Below are positions 29,324 to 43,917 of a stretch of DNA of 64,000 bases, piece after piece; within the stretch, counting starts at the first letter, position 1; each line of letters opens with the position of its first letter. The stretch is from Octopus vulgaris (taxonomy: Eukaryota). The position numbers were made by a program, and so were the translations under genes. Where the stretch lies: contig OX597836.1 in the NCBI GenBank assembly GCA_951406725.2, forward strand, positions 35,774,001-35,838,000. Reading direction: 5' to 3'. The notes beneath the pieces were generated by a model that saw only the letters and a program-made list of their open reading frames with translations, was not told where the DNA came from and made no database searches.

Positions 29324-29912
29324 TAGAATACGTCCAAGTTGAGTACTGAAATCCATGTAACGCTCAGATCCTTTCATATTCATTCCATTTAACCAACTAC
29401 CCTCCTCGCCCGAAATTGCAGGCCTGGTGCCAAAACTGGGAACCACAATTTATTATATTTAGTAGTAGTGCTGATGCTCACCTACTTATAAGCAGAATCT
29501 CATAGAAATGAATTTTGTATAAGATTTGTTTGCCGTGTGGCAAGAATGAAATGAGATGCAAGGTGAAGTGTCCTTTACGCTCTCGATAATGTATAATCTG
29601 TAACGTACCTCCTGGGAAATCTATTCACTGTATAATGAATGCCATTGGAGAGTTACCTAACTCTAACTTTAACTTTCTTTGTCCCATTGTCTCTTATCCG
29701 CCTCTTTCTCTGTTGCTTTCCTTTCATCGTTTCTATATAAATATTTAAATACATGCATTTACATGCGTACGCATCTATGGGTCTACGGTCGTACGCATAT
29801 GTTCGAACGCACACATATTTATGAACATTGATATTCATAAATGTATATGTGTCTGCGCATGTATTTATGTATATATAAATATATTAACATGTATGGATAC
29901 ACACACACACAG

Positions 29913-29951
<39 letters not shown>

Positions 29952-30481
29952 CACACATATCATATATATCATATATATATATATGTATATATATGTATGT
30001 ATATATATATATATATATATATATAAATATATATATGTATGTATATATATATATATATATACATATCATATATATCACACACACACGAACAACACATACA
30101 TATATATATATATATATATACATATCATATATATCACACACACACACAGACACACACGAACAACACATACATATATATGTATATATAAATATATATAAGA
30201 ATATAGGAAAACAGGCATATATATTTATCCATACAGACGCATATGCACAACTGACAACACACATACACACACAGACACACGAATGCACGCACTTGTAGTT
30301 AGAATGGAGTTAGTAACACTTCGTTGCCATTTCATCAACTATGATGGATGGTGAATTTCTAAACGCGGACAGGGGGGGGGGCAGTCCCTGGCAACTTTAG
30401 ATCTGTGATAAACAAATCCATACCAATTACATTTGTTCGTGCCGGTATTGCCTTCAAAAGAGAGGTGCCCTACACTCTGGA

Positions 30482-30516
<35 letters not shown>

Positions 30517-30807
30517 CACCACCACCACCACCACTACTACTACTACTACTACTGCAACTACTACTACTACTACTACTACTACAACTAGTACCACCACCAC
30601 CACCACCACTACTACTACAACTACTACAACTACTACTACTACTACTATGACTACTACTACCACCACCACCGCAATCACCACCACCACCAACACTACTACT
30701 ACTACTACTATGACTACTACTACCACCACCACCGCAATCACCACCACTACCACCACCACCACTACTATTACTACAACTGCTACTACTACTACTACTACTA
30801 CTACTAA

Positions 30808-30841
<34 letters not shown>

Positions 30842-30965
30842 GTTGCTAGTAATTGTAGTATTAACTGTAGTAGTAGTAGCAATAGTAGTAGTCGTAGTAG
30901 TAGTAGTAGTAGTAGTAGTAGTACTGCTAGTAGTTGTAGTAATGGTAGTAGTAGTAGTAGTAGTA
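30482..30965. repeat. (CTA)n/(CCA)n array followed by the complementary (TAG)n array
   Basis: Direct reading. Confidence 0.95.
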
Positions 30966-31407
30966 ATTGTTGTATGCGACGTCTTCGTCGTAGCAGTAGT
31001 ATATATTTTCTTTTAACTTATTTTGCGTTTTAGATTATGCAAATTACCTGAGACCATAAATATTCCTTACTCTTCGCGTTACCTGTTTTATTTAATCTCT
31101 ACATCGGGATTCAGTTTCGCAGAACTTGATGTGTTGCTGCCTATTGAAGCAAAAATACGAGTCGATATCTCTTGTTAGGTGCTAATCAGCATGTTCGATT
31201 GGCTTTTTCTTTACAGCCAATACGAGTTTTCGAGAAATTTATACAATGTGATATCGTCTCCTTTTCTTATTTAAAACTGGTTGCAACTGACACAAGGAGT
31301 TTATTTATTCTTTTGCCGAAGGAGTTGGATTTAATGAATTAATAAATATAGAATTTGTGAAAAATGAAATTTCGTATTACTTTATCTGTATATGTATGTA
31401 TGTCTAC

Positions 31408-31549
<142 letters not shown>

Positions 31550-32280
31550 CGGAACGCACGCATCCATTTCTAAGTAAGATTGTTCTTGATATTAATAATG
31601 ATGCGCACTCTTGACCTTTCTGTCCCCTCCCTTTCTCAGCCTTCATTCTTTCTGGTTTCCTTTTCTTCTACTTAACTGTCTCTCCCTCTCTCTCATTCTT
31701 CATTCTTTCTGGTTTCCTCACAACCTTTCCCCTTTTTTATCTCCTTTGCCACTGTCTTTCTGGCCTGACTTCCTTGAAGAGTGGACGGCATTTTTCTTTG
31801 CTCCTTCGCCGTCCTCAATAATAGCGTTCCTAATACTTTTTTTCGTTCGGCTTAACAGCCCATCTTTTCTTGTTATTCTCCTTGTCCTGTCTTTTACTGT
31901 TTATATTTTGTACTGTCGTTACTGTCCTGTTTTTGTTACCATTTTTACCCCTCTGCAAAAAGATCTCAAATTTTATTTGATTTGCTTTTCACAGGAAGGA
32001 AAGTTTCTATCGAAGATGCGTATCGCCTTCACCTTCGAAACGCAGAGTAGATGAAACCATGGCGACTGAAGAAGGGGAATTTTCCTTGTGTTATTTGTCC
32101 TGTACTCTATTTTTTAATATTTTTTGTTGTTTAAGAAAAATGTCCAATTCCTTGGTTTTGTGTTTATGTTTTCGTTTCTCATTTTGTTCGACGTTTTTTT
32201 GGTGTCCTGTACCCATATATGCGTGTATATATACATGTAGAGGTTGGTACGTACATATATGCATATGTTTTATTTATTAA
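31550..32280. repeat. TA-flanked pyrimidine-rich element, possibly a Penelope terminal-repeat remnant
   Basis: Bounded by TA runs; decayed hammerhead-like words cgaagatg..cgaaacgcagagtaga at about 32010-32052. Confidence 0.35.
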
Positions 32281-32307
32281 TATATTATATATATATATCT
32301 ATAGGGG

Positions 32308-32456
32308 GGAAATATGAAAAATCAACGAAAATGCACATTGTAAGGTAACGACAGATATATACGTTTAGATGGACTGAGTTAGTAAATTTCGGGCCTTGTG
32401 CCTGAGGTTTTTTTTATTTACAATGTGCATTTTCATTGATTTCTCATATTTTTCCC
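32308..32456. repeat. Short foldback element
   Basis: gaaatatgaaaaatcaacgaaaatgcacattgtaa versus ttacaatgtgcattttcattgatttctcatatttt. Confidence 0.8.
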
Positions 32457-32502
32457 TTACATTTCCACGTGTATTTTATATTTTCTTTTTGGAACATATT
32501 TC

Positions 32503-32540
<38 letters not shown>

Positions 32541-32542
<2 letters not shown>

Positions 32543-32650
32543 TTTATTTTAAGCAGCAGAAGATTCAACAAAATCTGTTACTCTGAGTTTCTCGTTGCCG
32601 TTCATCAGACAGTTTTTCCACCTTGTTTCACATTTATGTGTTTACTCCGG
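32541..32650 (-). mobile_element. TA-flanked hammerhead element (family H3, copy 1)
   Basis: Minus strand ctgt-CTGATGA-acg-gcaa-cga-GAAAC-tcaga-GTA-acag at 32575-32612. Confidence 0.75.
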
Positions 32651-32784
32651 TATATATATATATATATATGTATATATACGCATACGTACATATATATATG
32701 TATGTATGTATGTATGTATATATATATATGTATATATATGTTGATAGTGTCACTGTCAACAACATTCTCGTATTAGAGTAATAT

Positions 32785-32994
32785 ACTCTTTACTCTTTTA
32801 CTTATTTACTTATTTCAGTCATGTGACTGTGTCTATGCTGGAGCACCGCCTTTTGTCGAGCAAATCAACCCCATGACTTATTCTTTGTAAGCCTAGTACT
32901 TATTCTATCGGTCTCTTAAGTTACGGGAACGTAAACACATCAGCATCGGTTTTCAAGCGACACACAAACATACACACAACAACAAACACGCACA

Positions 32995-33054
<60 letters not shown>

Positions 33055-33056
33055 CA

Positions 33057-33122
<66 letters not shown>

Positions 33123-33283
33123 ACGAGCTTCTTTCAGTTTCCGCCTACCAAATCCACTCACAAGGCTTTGGTCGGCCCGAGGCTATAGTAGAAGACACTC
33201 GCCTAAGGTGCCTCGCAGTGGGACTGAACCCGGAGCCATGATGTTCGCAAGCAAGCTACTTACCACACAGCAACTCCTACGCC
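32785..33283 (-). mobile_element. SINE group B
   Basis: Head and tail present; expanded internal CA/TA array. Confidence 0.9.
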
Positions 33284-34811
33284 ATACGTATATATATATA
33301 TACGTGTGTGTATGTGTTTGTGTGTTTGTATGTACGTGTGTGTGTATGTATGTGTGTGTGTATCTATGTGTATGTGATTGTGCAGGTGCGTGAGCATGTG
33401 TGTCAGTATTAGAGCATGAAGATGTGGCTTCGTATTATACGCAGGAGTTTTATTTTACAGGTTGAATACGTCGTAGATTATATGCAATACAGCACTATGT
33501 TATATTACCCAACACTCACCGCCTATATTTTTCCTATTAGTCTCTATACTACAGTTTCACACAGCTCACTTTCCAAATATATCATTTGCATTAAGAATAT
33601 ATATATATTTCTTTACATGTATTATTTGTGCATAAAACTTATTCATATCTCTTCGCTTCGCTTTTTTGTGTGACATTTACTAAATAAAGACATTGATATT
33701 TTTGTGATATTGAATAGATTTCCGTATCAATACAGAAACCCCTTTAGCTGGAGATTACTTGAAAACATCTATATAAAATCGGTCATGACCATAATCTCAA
33801 GCGTAATTTAAGAATAGAGAACGTTTATCAAATGCTATTCAGAAAACACCTAGAATGGAGCAATTTGAGTGTTATATTTGGAAATTGATATTCATTTTCT
33901 TCGTTCGTGAATGTATGAGAAAGTTCCATATTGTTCCATGATATTGCTCAAATCTCTCTAGAAGCATTTAAATGCATATTTTCCCTGCTTCGCTTATATA
34001 ATCCAACAAGTTATTTTCCATGTTGTCAAAACATTTGCACATGAACTAGGGGACTTTTGACACAAAGCATCCTACGACGACATTCATTACCATCACGCCA
34101 AGATTTTGTGATTCTGCATCCATAGAATTTCATAGTTTTTGTTTTTTCCATAAATCATGAGGAACTACTTATAAGGAACAAGATGTATAATCCATCCATC
34201 CATCCATCCATCCATCCATCCATCTATCCATCTATCCATCCATCCATCCATATATACATACATACATACATACATGCATACATACATACATACATACATA
34301 CATACATACATGCATACGTACATACGTACATACATTCTACAAAACCAGAATAATTTTTGAAAAATTCTCTTGCAAATCTAGAAAAAATGTTATTGCCATG
34401 CATTGGTTGTAGAGGACGCATTTTCCACGATCAGCAATCAAATACGAACACGTCTTTTGGATAAGTTCCGTTCCTATATCTGCTGAAAATTCCGATGTTA
34501 ACTCCTGCGTTTTTGTTTGTTTTGTTTTGCTCTTTCCTCATAGTAAACATGTTTAGCATACATCTGTAGGTCACAGACCGAAATGATGAGGTACATTAAT
34601 ATGTATTGCTGTTGTTGACCCTCACATGTAACCTCGAAATTGTTTTGCCATAGAGATGATGGATATAATGCCAAAATAAACAAAATTACAGAAAGACTAT
34701 GTCTTTGGAATATTCTATTTGAAATATTTACACTTACAATGGTTCTGTTCGCAGTTGAAAGAGAAAGAACTGTTGCTCGGGTCTTTTTGGAGTCTCCCAA
34801 TGGCAGGGACC

Positions 34812-35082
34812 TTTTATCATTTATCTTTTACTCGTTTGAGTCATTAGACAGCGGCCCAGCTGGGACACCGCGTTGAAAAATTTTTAATCGAATGATTAAA
34901 ACCAGGACTTCATGTTTTAAAGCCGATGATTTATTTTATCTCATTCCGTTTGTCGAACCGCTAATGTTACGAAACCTAAACACTCCATAACCGGTTATCG
35001 AATGGTAGTGGGAGAAAGAAGGAAGAAACCCATACACAAAGACACAAAGACACACACACACACATATATATATATGTATATA

Positions 35083-35153
<71 letters not shown>

Positions 35154-35755
35154 GTACATATATGACAGGCTTCTTTCAGTTTCCGTCTACCAATTCTACT
35201 CACAAGATTTTGCTCGGCCCAAAGCTATAGTAGAAAATACTCACCGAATGTGTCACGCAGTGGAACGGAACCTAGAACCATGTGGTTGGGAACCAAGCTT
35301 TTTAAAACACAGGCACGTCTCCGCCTATTTAATCAGTGCTAATGTACTAAAGTAATTAGCTTTCCTCGAGAGCTTGGCGTGAAGAGTGAGTGTAGATTTA
35401 GTTTTTACAGGAGGTTTTTACTCTTTTTTACTTGTTTCAGAGATTTGACTGCTGCCATGCTGGAGTACAACTTTTAGTCGAGCAAATCGACCCCAGGACT
35501 TATTCTTTGTAAGCCTAGTACTTATTCTATCGGTCAGATACACATACACACACATATATATCTTTATATATATATATATATATATACATATATGCAACTG
35601 GCTTCTTTCAGTTTCCATCTACCAAATCCACTCACAAGGCTTTGGTTATCCCGAGGCTATAGTAGAAGACACTCTCCCAAGCTGCCACGCAGTGGGACTG
35701 AACCGCGAACCATATGGTTGGTAAGCAAGCTACTTACCACACAGCCACTCCTGTA
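34812..35755 (-). mobile_element. Two SINE group B copies (about 34812-35328 and 35415-35753)
   Basis: Both have ggcttctttcagtttcc.tctacca..gctatagtagaa and a tail. Confidence 0.85.
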
Positions 35756-36189
35756 AATACTGAAGTTTGAAACCGTTCAGTCCTTTTCCATTTTATTATC
35801 ATTGTTAAATTTACAATATGGCGTCTCATTCTGTTGACGTTTTCTCTGAGTTTTCTTCTCTACTGCGAGCCTTCCATTGATAAATTTCACTAGCGCTCAC
35901 TCTGCAAGCTTCAAATTGGTGTCCGACCAGCTATTTATACTGGCGTATTAAATATCCAGTAATTAATGACACACGAGTCCGTGTGCTCCCAAGCGACGTC
36001 ATTAATAATAAATTAATATGAAACCAGTTGGTGTTTATTCTTTTTAATCTCGTTAACACTAGACTGTCACTCAACGTCAACTTGGATAATGTTAGAGAAA
36101 TCTTTGCGAACTGTCGTTTACAAATATTCATGCCTTAAGTATATTACAAAATCGTATTCGACGAATAGTTTCTCATATGTATTTATACA

Positions 36190-36412
36190 ATTATGGATAC
36201 ATATATAAATACAAACATACACACATACATACTTACATTGATGCATACACAAACACACACATATGCAAGTAAGCATACGTATGTATATGCACACGCACAG
36301 GCACGCACACACAGAGATACGCACAGAGGGGAAAAACACGTTGCTTTATACATATACATACATACATGCATGCATGCATATATACATACATACGAGCATG
36401 CAGGCACATAAA

Positions 36413-36448
<36 letters not shown>

Positions 36449-36602
36449 TATACATATATACATATATACATATACATATATACTTATACATATATACATA
36501 TACATATATACATATATACATATTCATATATACATATACATATATACATATACATATATACATATACATATATACATATATATATACATATATACACATA
36601 CC

Positions 36603-36645
<43 letters not shown>

Positions 36646-36749
36646 GTATGTATATGTATATGTATATATGTGTATATATATATACATATATATATAATAT
36701 ATATATATATATACATATATATACATATATATAATATATATATATATAA

Positions 36750-36782
<33 letters not shown>

Positions 36783-36797
36783 TATACATATATATAC

Positions 36798-36854
<57 letters not shown>

Positions 36855-36925
36855 CATATATATATACATATATATATATATACATATATATAATATATAA
36901 TATATATAATATATACATATATATA
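36190..36925. repeat. Compound (TA)/(CA)/(TACA) low-complexity array
   Basis: Direct reading. Confidence 0.95.
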
Positions 36926-36930
36926 ATAAA

Positions 36931-37600
36931 AGCTTTGCCAATATTTGACCCCTCAAATACTTCTGCTGTTACCACTCCACATCCAATGAGGGGTTGTGAA
37001 AAATCTTGCGAAAGACCTGTAACAAGAATAGAGCTGCTTTCAAGTACATGGAGTCAAAGTTTCTTCGTATAAGTGTAGGCAAGCTAAAAGCAGGAATCTT
37101 TGTTGGCCCTCAGATTCGGGAATTGATGAGGGACAAACACTATGATGAGGGACAAACACTTTGAACTCAATGACTTGGTTAGATACCTTAAACTTCCAAA
37201 AGTAAGTGCAAAATTACTTGGCTCGAAACTGCAGAAGCTCAAGCTTCTAGCTCCTGGAACAACATTCGCTTGGTACCGTCATGGTTCCAAAGCTTCTAGA
37301 ATATGAAAAAAATGATCCAAGACCTGATATCAAGTTTCCAACAACTTGGGTCTAGAAACAGTGTGAAGAGGCACTTTTCTGTCGCATCTTGGCTATTTTC
37401 TCAAGAATTACGGGGACTAAAGTGAGGAACAAGGACAACGGTCCCATCAAGACATTTGCACCATGGAAACTCGATACCAGGGCAAATGGAATGTCAGCAT
37501 GATGGCGGGTTACTGCTGGTCATTTAAACGTGATGGTCCCGATGCACAGCACAAGAGGAATTCAAAGCGGTCCTGCTTCCTTTGAATCAATAGGAGCATA
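36931..37600 (+). pseudogene. Decayed transposase relic, Chapaev3-like (family name tentative)
   Basis: KLKAGIFVGPQIRELMRD; SEEQGQRSHQDICTMETRYQGKWNVSMMAGYCWSFKRD; LNDLVRYLKLPKVSAKLLGSKLQ; stops and frameshifts. Confidence 0.7.
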
Positions 37601-37904
37601 TTTTTTAACATTCATTTGCTTTGATATTGATAATTCTGATTCACTTCATGATGAACGTGGTTCATTTCAGGTTGATTTGGAAAACATGTTCTCAAAATTA
37701 AAAGAATGTGTTTTTCCTTAATACTTGCTTCATTTTAATAAAGTGACAGTTTATTAAAAATCCATATTTTTTTAATTATTATTAATTTGTATTTTATTCA
37801 ACATCTGACAGATCAAAATGGTTTAGATATTTAAAACCAGCAACCCAAGAATATGTAACATCACGTCCATGAATATAATTTTTTTTTAAATTATCCCAAA
37901 TGCA

Positions 37905-38160
37905 GACCAGTGTTCTTTACGTTGCTTCAGTTTACTCAGCTGTAGTAAATGAGATGCTACCTCACAGCTGCGAAGCTGTATCAACCTCTGTCTTTCTCGT
38001 GGATGAGTTATGTGGCGTGGGAAAGGGTTGCTTGCATGAATGAGAGATTGCTGATCTTCCATACTCAACCTTATCCGGACTTGTGTGCCTCGGAGGGGAG
38101 CTTTCTAGGTACAATCCCGTGGTCATTCATGACTGAAGGGGAGTTTTCCCCTTTACCGTT
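37905..38160 (+). mobile_element. 3' part of another SINE or retroposon
   Basis: ttgcttcagtttactcagctgtagtaaatgag resembles the CORE segment of group D (ttgctccagtccactcagctg) with a different tail. Confidence 0.45.
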
Positions 38161-38185
38161 TACATAATATACGGAATTGAAAATT

Positions 38186-39108
38186 CGAGGGTAAGTCAAA
38201 AATTATTCGCACTTTCACCATAACATATCTTTCTTACTGTCACACTGCTTTCTGCGCATGCGTGCTTATAGTTGGTACTATTGTGGTCACGTGATCGAAG
38301 TTTGAGGCTGACGGCACCATGTTTTGTTCTGGCTTTATAGTGTAAGCATGGATGCTCCACTAGCAATGCGCACCAGAGAAGAACAAAGAACAGTGATCCA
38401 ATTTCCGGTCAGGTGTATCAGGTGCTGAAATTCATGGGGAAGGGGGAGCTTTAAGCACGATACAGGTACGCCTGTTAATCTCCAGCACTGACTAGAAGAT
38501 TCCGAAAGCTCGACGGATGGTAATGGTGAACTGGCGAATTATCATCGATGAGGTAGTTCGTTCGCTGCAGATTACTCATGGTTCTGTCTTTCAAATTACC
38601 CACAATGAGCTCGGCTTCCATAAAGATTGTGCAAGATAGACGCCAGTAGACTTTGCTGTAGAGCACAGGCTCAGATATCTTGAGGTCTGCTGAGATTTAC
38701 TCGATCGCTATAGCAATGAGGGCGAAGTATTTTCGAACAGAATAGTCACAGAAGATGAAACGTGGGTCCATCATTATGAGGCAGAATGCAAAAGACAGTG
38801 TATGGAGTGGAAGCATCTTGGCAGGCCAGCGACGAAGAAATTCAATACTCAGACTTCCACAGGAAAGGTAATTCTAACCCTTGTTTGGGAATGAAAAGGG
38901 CCTATACTGAAAGACTTCCAGGAACAGAGGTGTACAATCAACAGTGCAAGATACAATGCTTTGCTTTCCAACAAATTGCAGCTAGTAATCCGCACCACAT
39001 ACGGCCATCCAGACCACTGTAACTATTAACCAATCGGATTTTTGAGTTGGTGGGTCCCTCTACCTACACCCCAGACCTTGGCCCATCCCACTATCATATC
39101 TTTGGATA
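38186..39108 (+). mobile_element. Decayed mariner transposon
   Basis: TIR-like cgagggtaagtcaaaaattattcgcac; MDAPLAMRTREEQRTVIQF; RIVTEDETWVHHYEAECKRQCMEWKH; TGKVILT; remnant of YSPDLAP near 39065-39090. Confidence 0.88.
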
Positions 39109-39127
39109 TGATATATATATATATATA

Positions 39128-39283
39128 CTACGAGCTTCTTTCAGTTTCCCTTTGCCAAATTTACTCACAAGGATTTGGTCGGTCTGAGACAACAGTAGAT
39201 AACACTTGCCCAGGGTCTCACGCAGTGGGACTGAACCCGCAAGCAAGTGATTGGTAAACAAGCTACTTACCACACAGCCACTC
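39128..39283 (-). mobile_element. SINE B head
   Basis: cgagcttctttcagttt..cgcagtgggactgaaccc..cttaccacacagccactc. Confidence 0.85.
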
Positions 39284-40087
39284 ATTTGCTTATATGTCGA
39301 ACATTTAACAAAAACAACGAACGGAAAAGTTTAGAAAAACGTAACTAACAGAAAATTCGTACCTAATTTCTCATAAGTCAACGTCCGAAAGATCATTACA
39401 ATTTCGCCTCTTTAAATACGCGTGTGTGTGTGTATGATCGTTCGTTGTTTCAACCAATAATCTGTTGTTGAGCTGCGGGCCTTGTAGGCAAATATTCCGT
39501 GCCCTGAAGCTTACGTCGATATTGTTCTCACACCTGACCTTCCATGCTCCTCTCATTTCCTTCATGTACACACACTTACTCATACACACAAACACACAGT
39601 CTCACACAAGCACACACACACACATACACACACGCACATACACACACAGTCTCACACAAACACACACACATTCATACAAAGATATCCAAAGACACACAGT
39701 TACACAATGCTGGAGTGTGATAGCAACTGTAAGCATGTAAAAATGTACTTAAGAGACTGACTCACACAACATAGATATGATATATGCACACCAGAGCTGT
39801 GCTAAAAATGACTAAATGTGCGTTAGATTCAATGTATTGAAGGTTTTGCGTAGGAAATTTAAATTTCTCGATCAATATTTATAATTTCTAAAGAAAGGAC
39901 GTAAGCAGATTAAATTATTTTCAAATTTATTTAGTCTTTTCACGTTTCGATTTAAAATCTAAATATTTGTTTATTATACAAATATTTATATCTCGCAGAC
40001 ACAAAATTTTAGCGTTGCGCAAGTAATTTTAATCAATTTGTAGAATAATTTAAACACATTAGTTAATTGTGTGTGTGTGTGAGTGTG

Positions 40088-40380
<293 letters not shown>

Positions 40381-40442
40381 CATGCCGCTCTCTGTCTCTC
40401 TCTCTCTCTATATATATATATATGCGTGTGTGTGTCTCTGTG

Positions 40443-40492
<50 letters not shown>

Positions 40493-40535
40493 TATATGCA
40501 TGTATATATATAAATATATATATTTGCATATGTGC

Positions 40536-40576
<41 letters not shown>

Positions 40577-40612
40577 ATTGCGTGTGTGTGTGTGTCTGTA
40601 AATGTGCTTATA

Positions 40613-40650
<38 letters not shown>

Positions 40651-41116
40651 AGTGTGTATGTATATATATCAATACATGAGTGAAAATGTGTTGGAGGCTG
40701 TTTCAGTATTTGTGTATACATACACATCACTAAACATATATATATTCTTTATTCTTTTATTTTCTCATACGTTTCAGCCCTGAGGGTGTGGCCATGCTGA
40801 AGCACATCCAGTGCAATGGTTTTTGGTGAAGGAATGGTTTCGCTATTGCTACCCTCTATGTATGCATGAATATATATACCTGTCTGTCTGTGTGTGTGTG
40901 TGTGTACGTATGCACGTATCTTTTATCTATGCGAATATGCGTACTTGTGTAAAGGGGTTTCGGGGACCTATAAGGATTGCTCGAGTTATTTCCGGATTGT
41001 GTTTTAAGTTAATGTCACTCTAATCCGGATTTAATCAAAGTGCAGGTGTGTCAAATTAAACTCAACTTGAAATTTTACTTTCCGATGTGTGGCATAAACA
41101 CGCACAAACACTCACA

Positions 41117-41148
<32 letters not shown>

Positions 41149-41172
41149 AACACAGTGTTGTGTAATTAAATA

Positions 41173-41555
41173 TGGAAGCAGTCCGTCGGTTACGACGACG
41201 AGGGTTCCGGTTGATCCGAATCAACGGAACAGCCTGCTCCTGAAATTAACGTGTAAGTGGCTGAGCACTCCACAGATACGTGTACCCTTAACGTAGTTCT
41301 CGGGGATATTCAGCGTGACACAGAGAGTGACAAGGCCGGCCCTTTGAAATACAGGTACAACAGAAACAGGAAGTAAGAGTGAGAGAGAAAGTTGTGGTGA
41401 AAGAGTACAGCAGGGATCACCACCATCCCCTGCCGGAGCCTCGTGGAGCTTTAGGTGTTTTCGCTCAATAAACACTCACAATGCCCGGTCTGGGAATCGA
41501 AACCGCGATCATATGACCGCGAGTCCGCTGCCCTAACCACTGGGCCATTGCGCCC
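41173..41555 (-). mobile_element. SINE group C (tail type 1)
   Basis: Near-identical reverse complement of 53199-53583. Confidence 0.93.
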
Positions 41556-41577
41556 TCTTAATTATATATACGCTTAG

Positions 41578-41805
41578 GGCGGCGAGCTGGCAGAATCGTT
41601 AGCACGCAGGGCGAAATGCTTAGCTGTATTTCGTCTGCCGTTACGTTCTGAGTTCAAATTCCGCCGAGGTCCACTGTGCATTTCAGCCTTTCGAGGTCGA
41701 TTATATAAGTACCAGTTACGCACTGGAATCGATGTAATCGACTTAATCCCTTTGTCTGTCCTTGTATGTCCCTCTATGTTTAGCCCCTTGTGGGCAAAAA
41801 AGAAA
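41578..41805 (+). mobile_element. SINE A
   Basis: ggcggcgagctggcagaatcgttagcacgc..gagttcaaattccgccgagg. Confidence 0.93.
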
Positions 41806-41919
41806 TATAATTAAATACACTCTTACACACGCACATATTTGTCCAGGTTGGTACATATAGTATACATTGACTGAATTTAATTATCTCTCCCTCACTCTCT
41901 CGCTTTCACACGTACACAC

Positions 41920-41955
<36 letters not shown>

Positions 41956-42207
41956 CTATACACATACATACACACTCCCACTCACACACACATACACATA
42001 TATGAAAAAACTAACTAAATGCATTGATATGCATTTTTCATACGTACATACCTACATACAGACAGCCATACATACTTACATATATGCATATACGTATACC
42101 TAAAAAACAGACACACACACATAAATAAATGCATATGTATAAGCACACATATATATATATTGCATAGAATATGGACACACACATACACACACATATATAT
42201 ACATACC

Positions 42208-42265
<58 letters not shown>

Positions 42266-42823
42266 GCATAGTATATGTGTATGTATGTATCTATGTATAC
42301 GTGCGTATGCATATGTATGTATATATGTATATCTGCTTCCATCTGTATTGATTATATGTACACGCATTTCGATAGGTATTCACATACGCACGTGTACACC
42401 TATGTATCTATCTGTCTATGTATATACTGTGACTATGTATACACTTGCAAATATATTCAGGGATTTATTTCTTAATCCAAGGCAATCCATGACAGACTCC
42501 CTGGAGATCAGCCTTCTCTGTTTTCAACTTACAACTGTATCTCCTTTCTTGTTTTAGTGTGATGTATAGAAACTTATCCTGTGAAACAGTTCCAAACTTG
42601 TGGAATGCACCATGGAACTTGTACAATATGCACATTATTATTACGAAGTCTACCATCCAAATTGTTAATGTTGTTTCAAGTAATAACTTATAGCGCATGT
42701 GTGTATGTGTATGTATGTGTCTGTGTGTGTGCGTATGTGTGTGTATGTATGCATATATATATATATATATATATACATATATATGTATATATATAAATAT
42801 CTATATATATATATACATACATA

Positions 42824-42858
<35 letters not shown>

Positions 42859-43016
42859 TTGAATATATATTTAAGAAGCACACAATCTAAGATGAGGTCA
42901 CTTGCTATGCAAGTACATCTCCTTCAATATATATTTATATTTATGTATGCATATATGTATATATATATATATATGTGTGTGTATATATTTAAACACACAC
43001 ACATACACACACATAC

Positions 43017-43048
<32 letters not shown>

Positions 43049-43096
43049 GTACACCTATGGACACATCTATACACACACATATATATAGATGTATGT

Positions 43097-43250
43097 CACT
43101 AGCTTCTCTCCCTTTTCGTCTACGAAATCTTTGGTCGACCTGTCGCAACGGTAGAAGATATTTGCCTTGCTAAAACTGCCACCCAATGGAACTGAACCCG
43201 CAACCATGTGGTTAAAAAGCAAACCACTCACTACACACCAACGCCTGCAC
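43097..43250 (-). mobile_element. Degenerate SINE B head
   Basis: ctttggtcgacc..gtagaaga..ggaactgaacccgcaaccatgtggtt. Confidence 0.7.
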
Positions 43251-43917
43251 ATTTTGATTTTGATTTAAATTGATATTGACTTTAATCCAAAGTTCAGCAG
43301 GCGCACAGCTTGCAGATATTATTCCCTTAATTATTTTTCTCTTAAATATTTCATTGATAATATAACAGGCCTCCAGGGAAGTCCTGTGTGTTGTTAACTA
43401 ATCTTCTTATATTTACTTTTATCTTGAAAAATCGTATCTTATAAAAAAGATGCCTTAGGTTATAGATGCGTGTGCTTGCCTACGTGCTTGCATGTGTGTA
43501 TGAATAAGATTCTGCGGTTAAGTTGTCTATGTAGGTTAAGTTATCTTCGTAGGTTGCTTTGTCATATAACGGAAGATATGTATGCGTGTGTTAATACTAT
43601 AGATGTTGCTTAACCCAATGGACTTATAATCTGAAATATTTAAAGCGCTATCATTTCATTTTCCTGACTCTAAATCAATCTCGTATTTAGGACTACATTT
43701 TTTTGACGTGTCATAAATTTTTAATTTAATACAATAACGTTTAACCTATAAGTGCTATATTTTGCACATACTGTGTTTGTGAAAGCCTTCGTCTAAATTT
43801 ATATTACGGTTTAGTTTCACTGCTGTTTAACCCTAGTGCAGATTTTATCAAGCAGCCTTAAGAACGAACATATTTTAATGCCGTAACAGTATCGTCTTTC
43901 ATTTTGACGGTATGTTT

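Larger units (their letters stand above)
27128..29447 (+). repeat. Head-to-tail array of diverged SINE A units, interrupted by younger SINEs
   Basis: Units start near 27130, 27267, 27490, 27978, 28215, 28417 and 28650; several end in aaatttgaaa-like motifs. Confidence 0.75.

Noticed and set aside
27128-29447. CRISPR-like repeat-spacer array
   Set aside because: The units are ~220-bp decayed SINEs in eukaryotic DNA, with no short identical repeats and no cas genes.
32005-32090. Hammerhead-like words cgaagatg..cgaaacgcagagta and ctgaagaag
   Set aside because: Too decayed to assign stems, so it is not counted among the ribozyme motifs.
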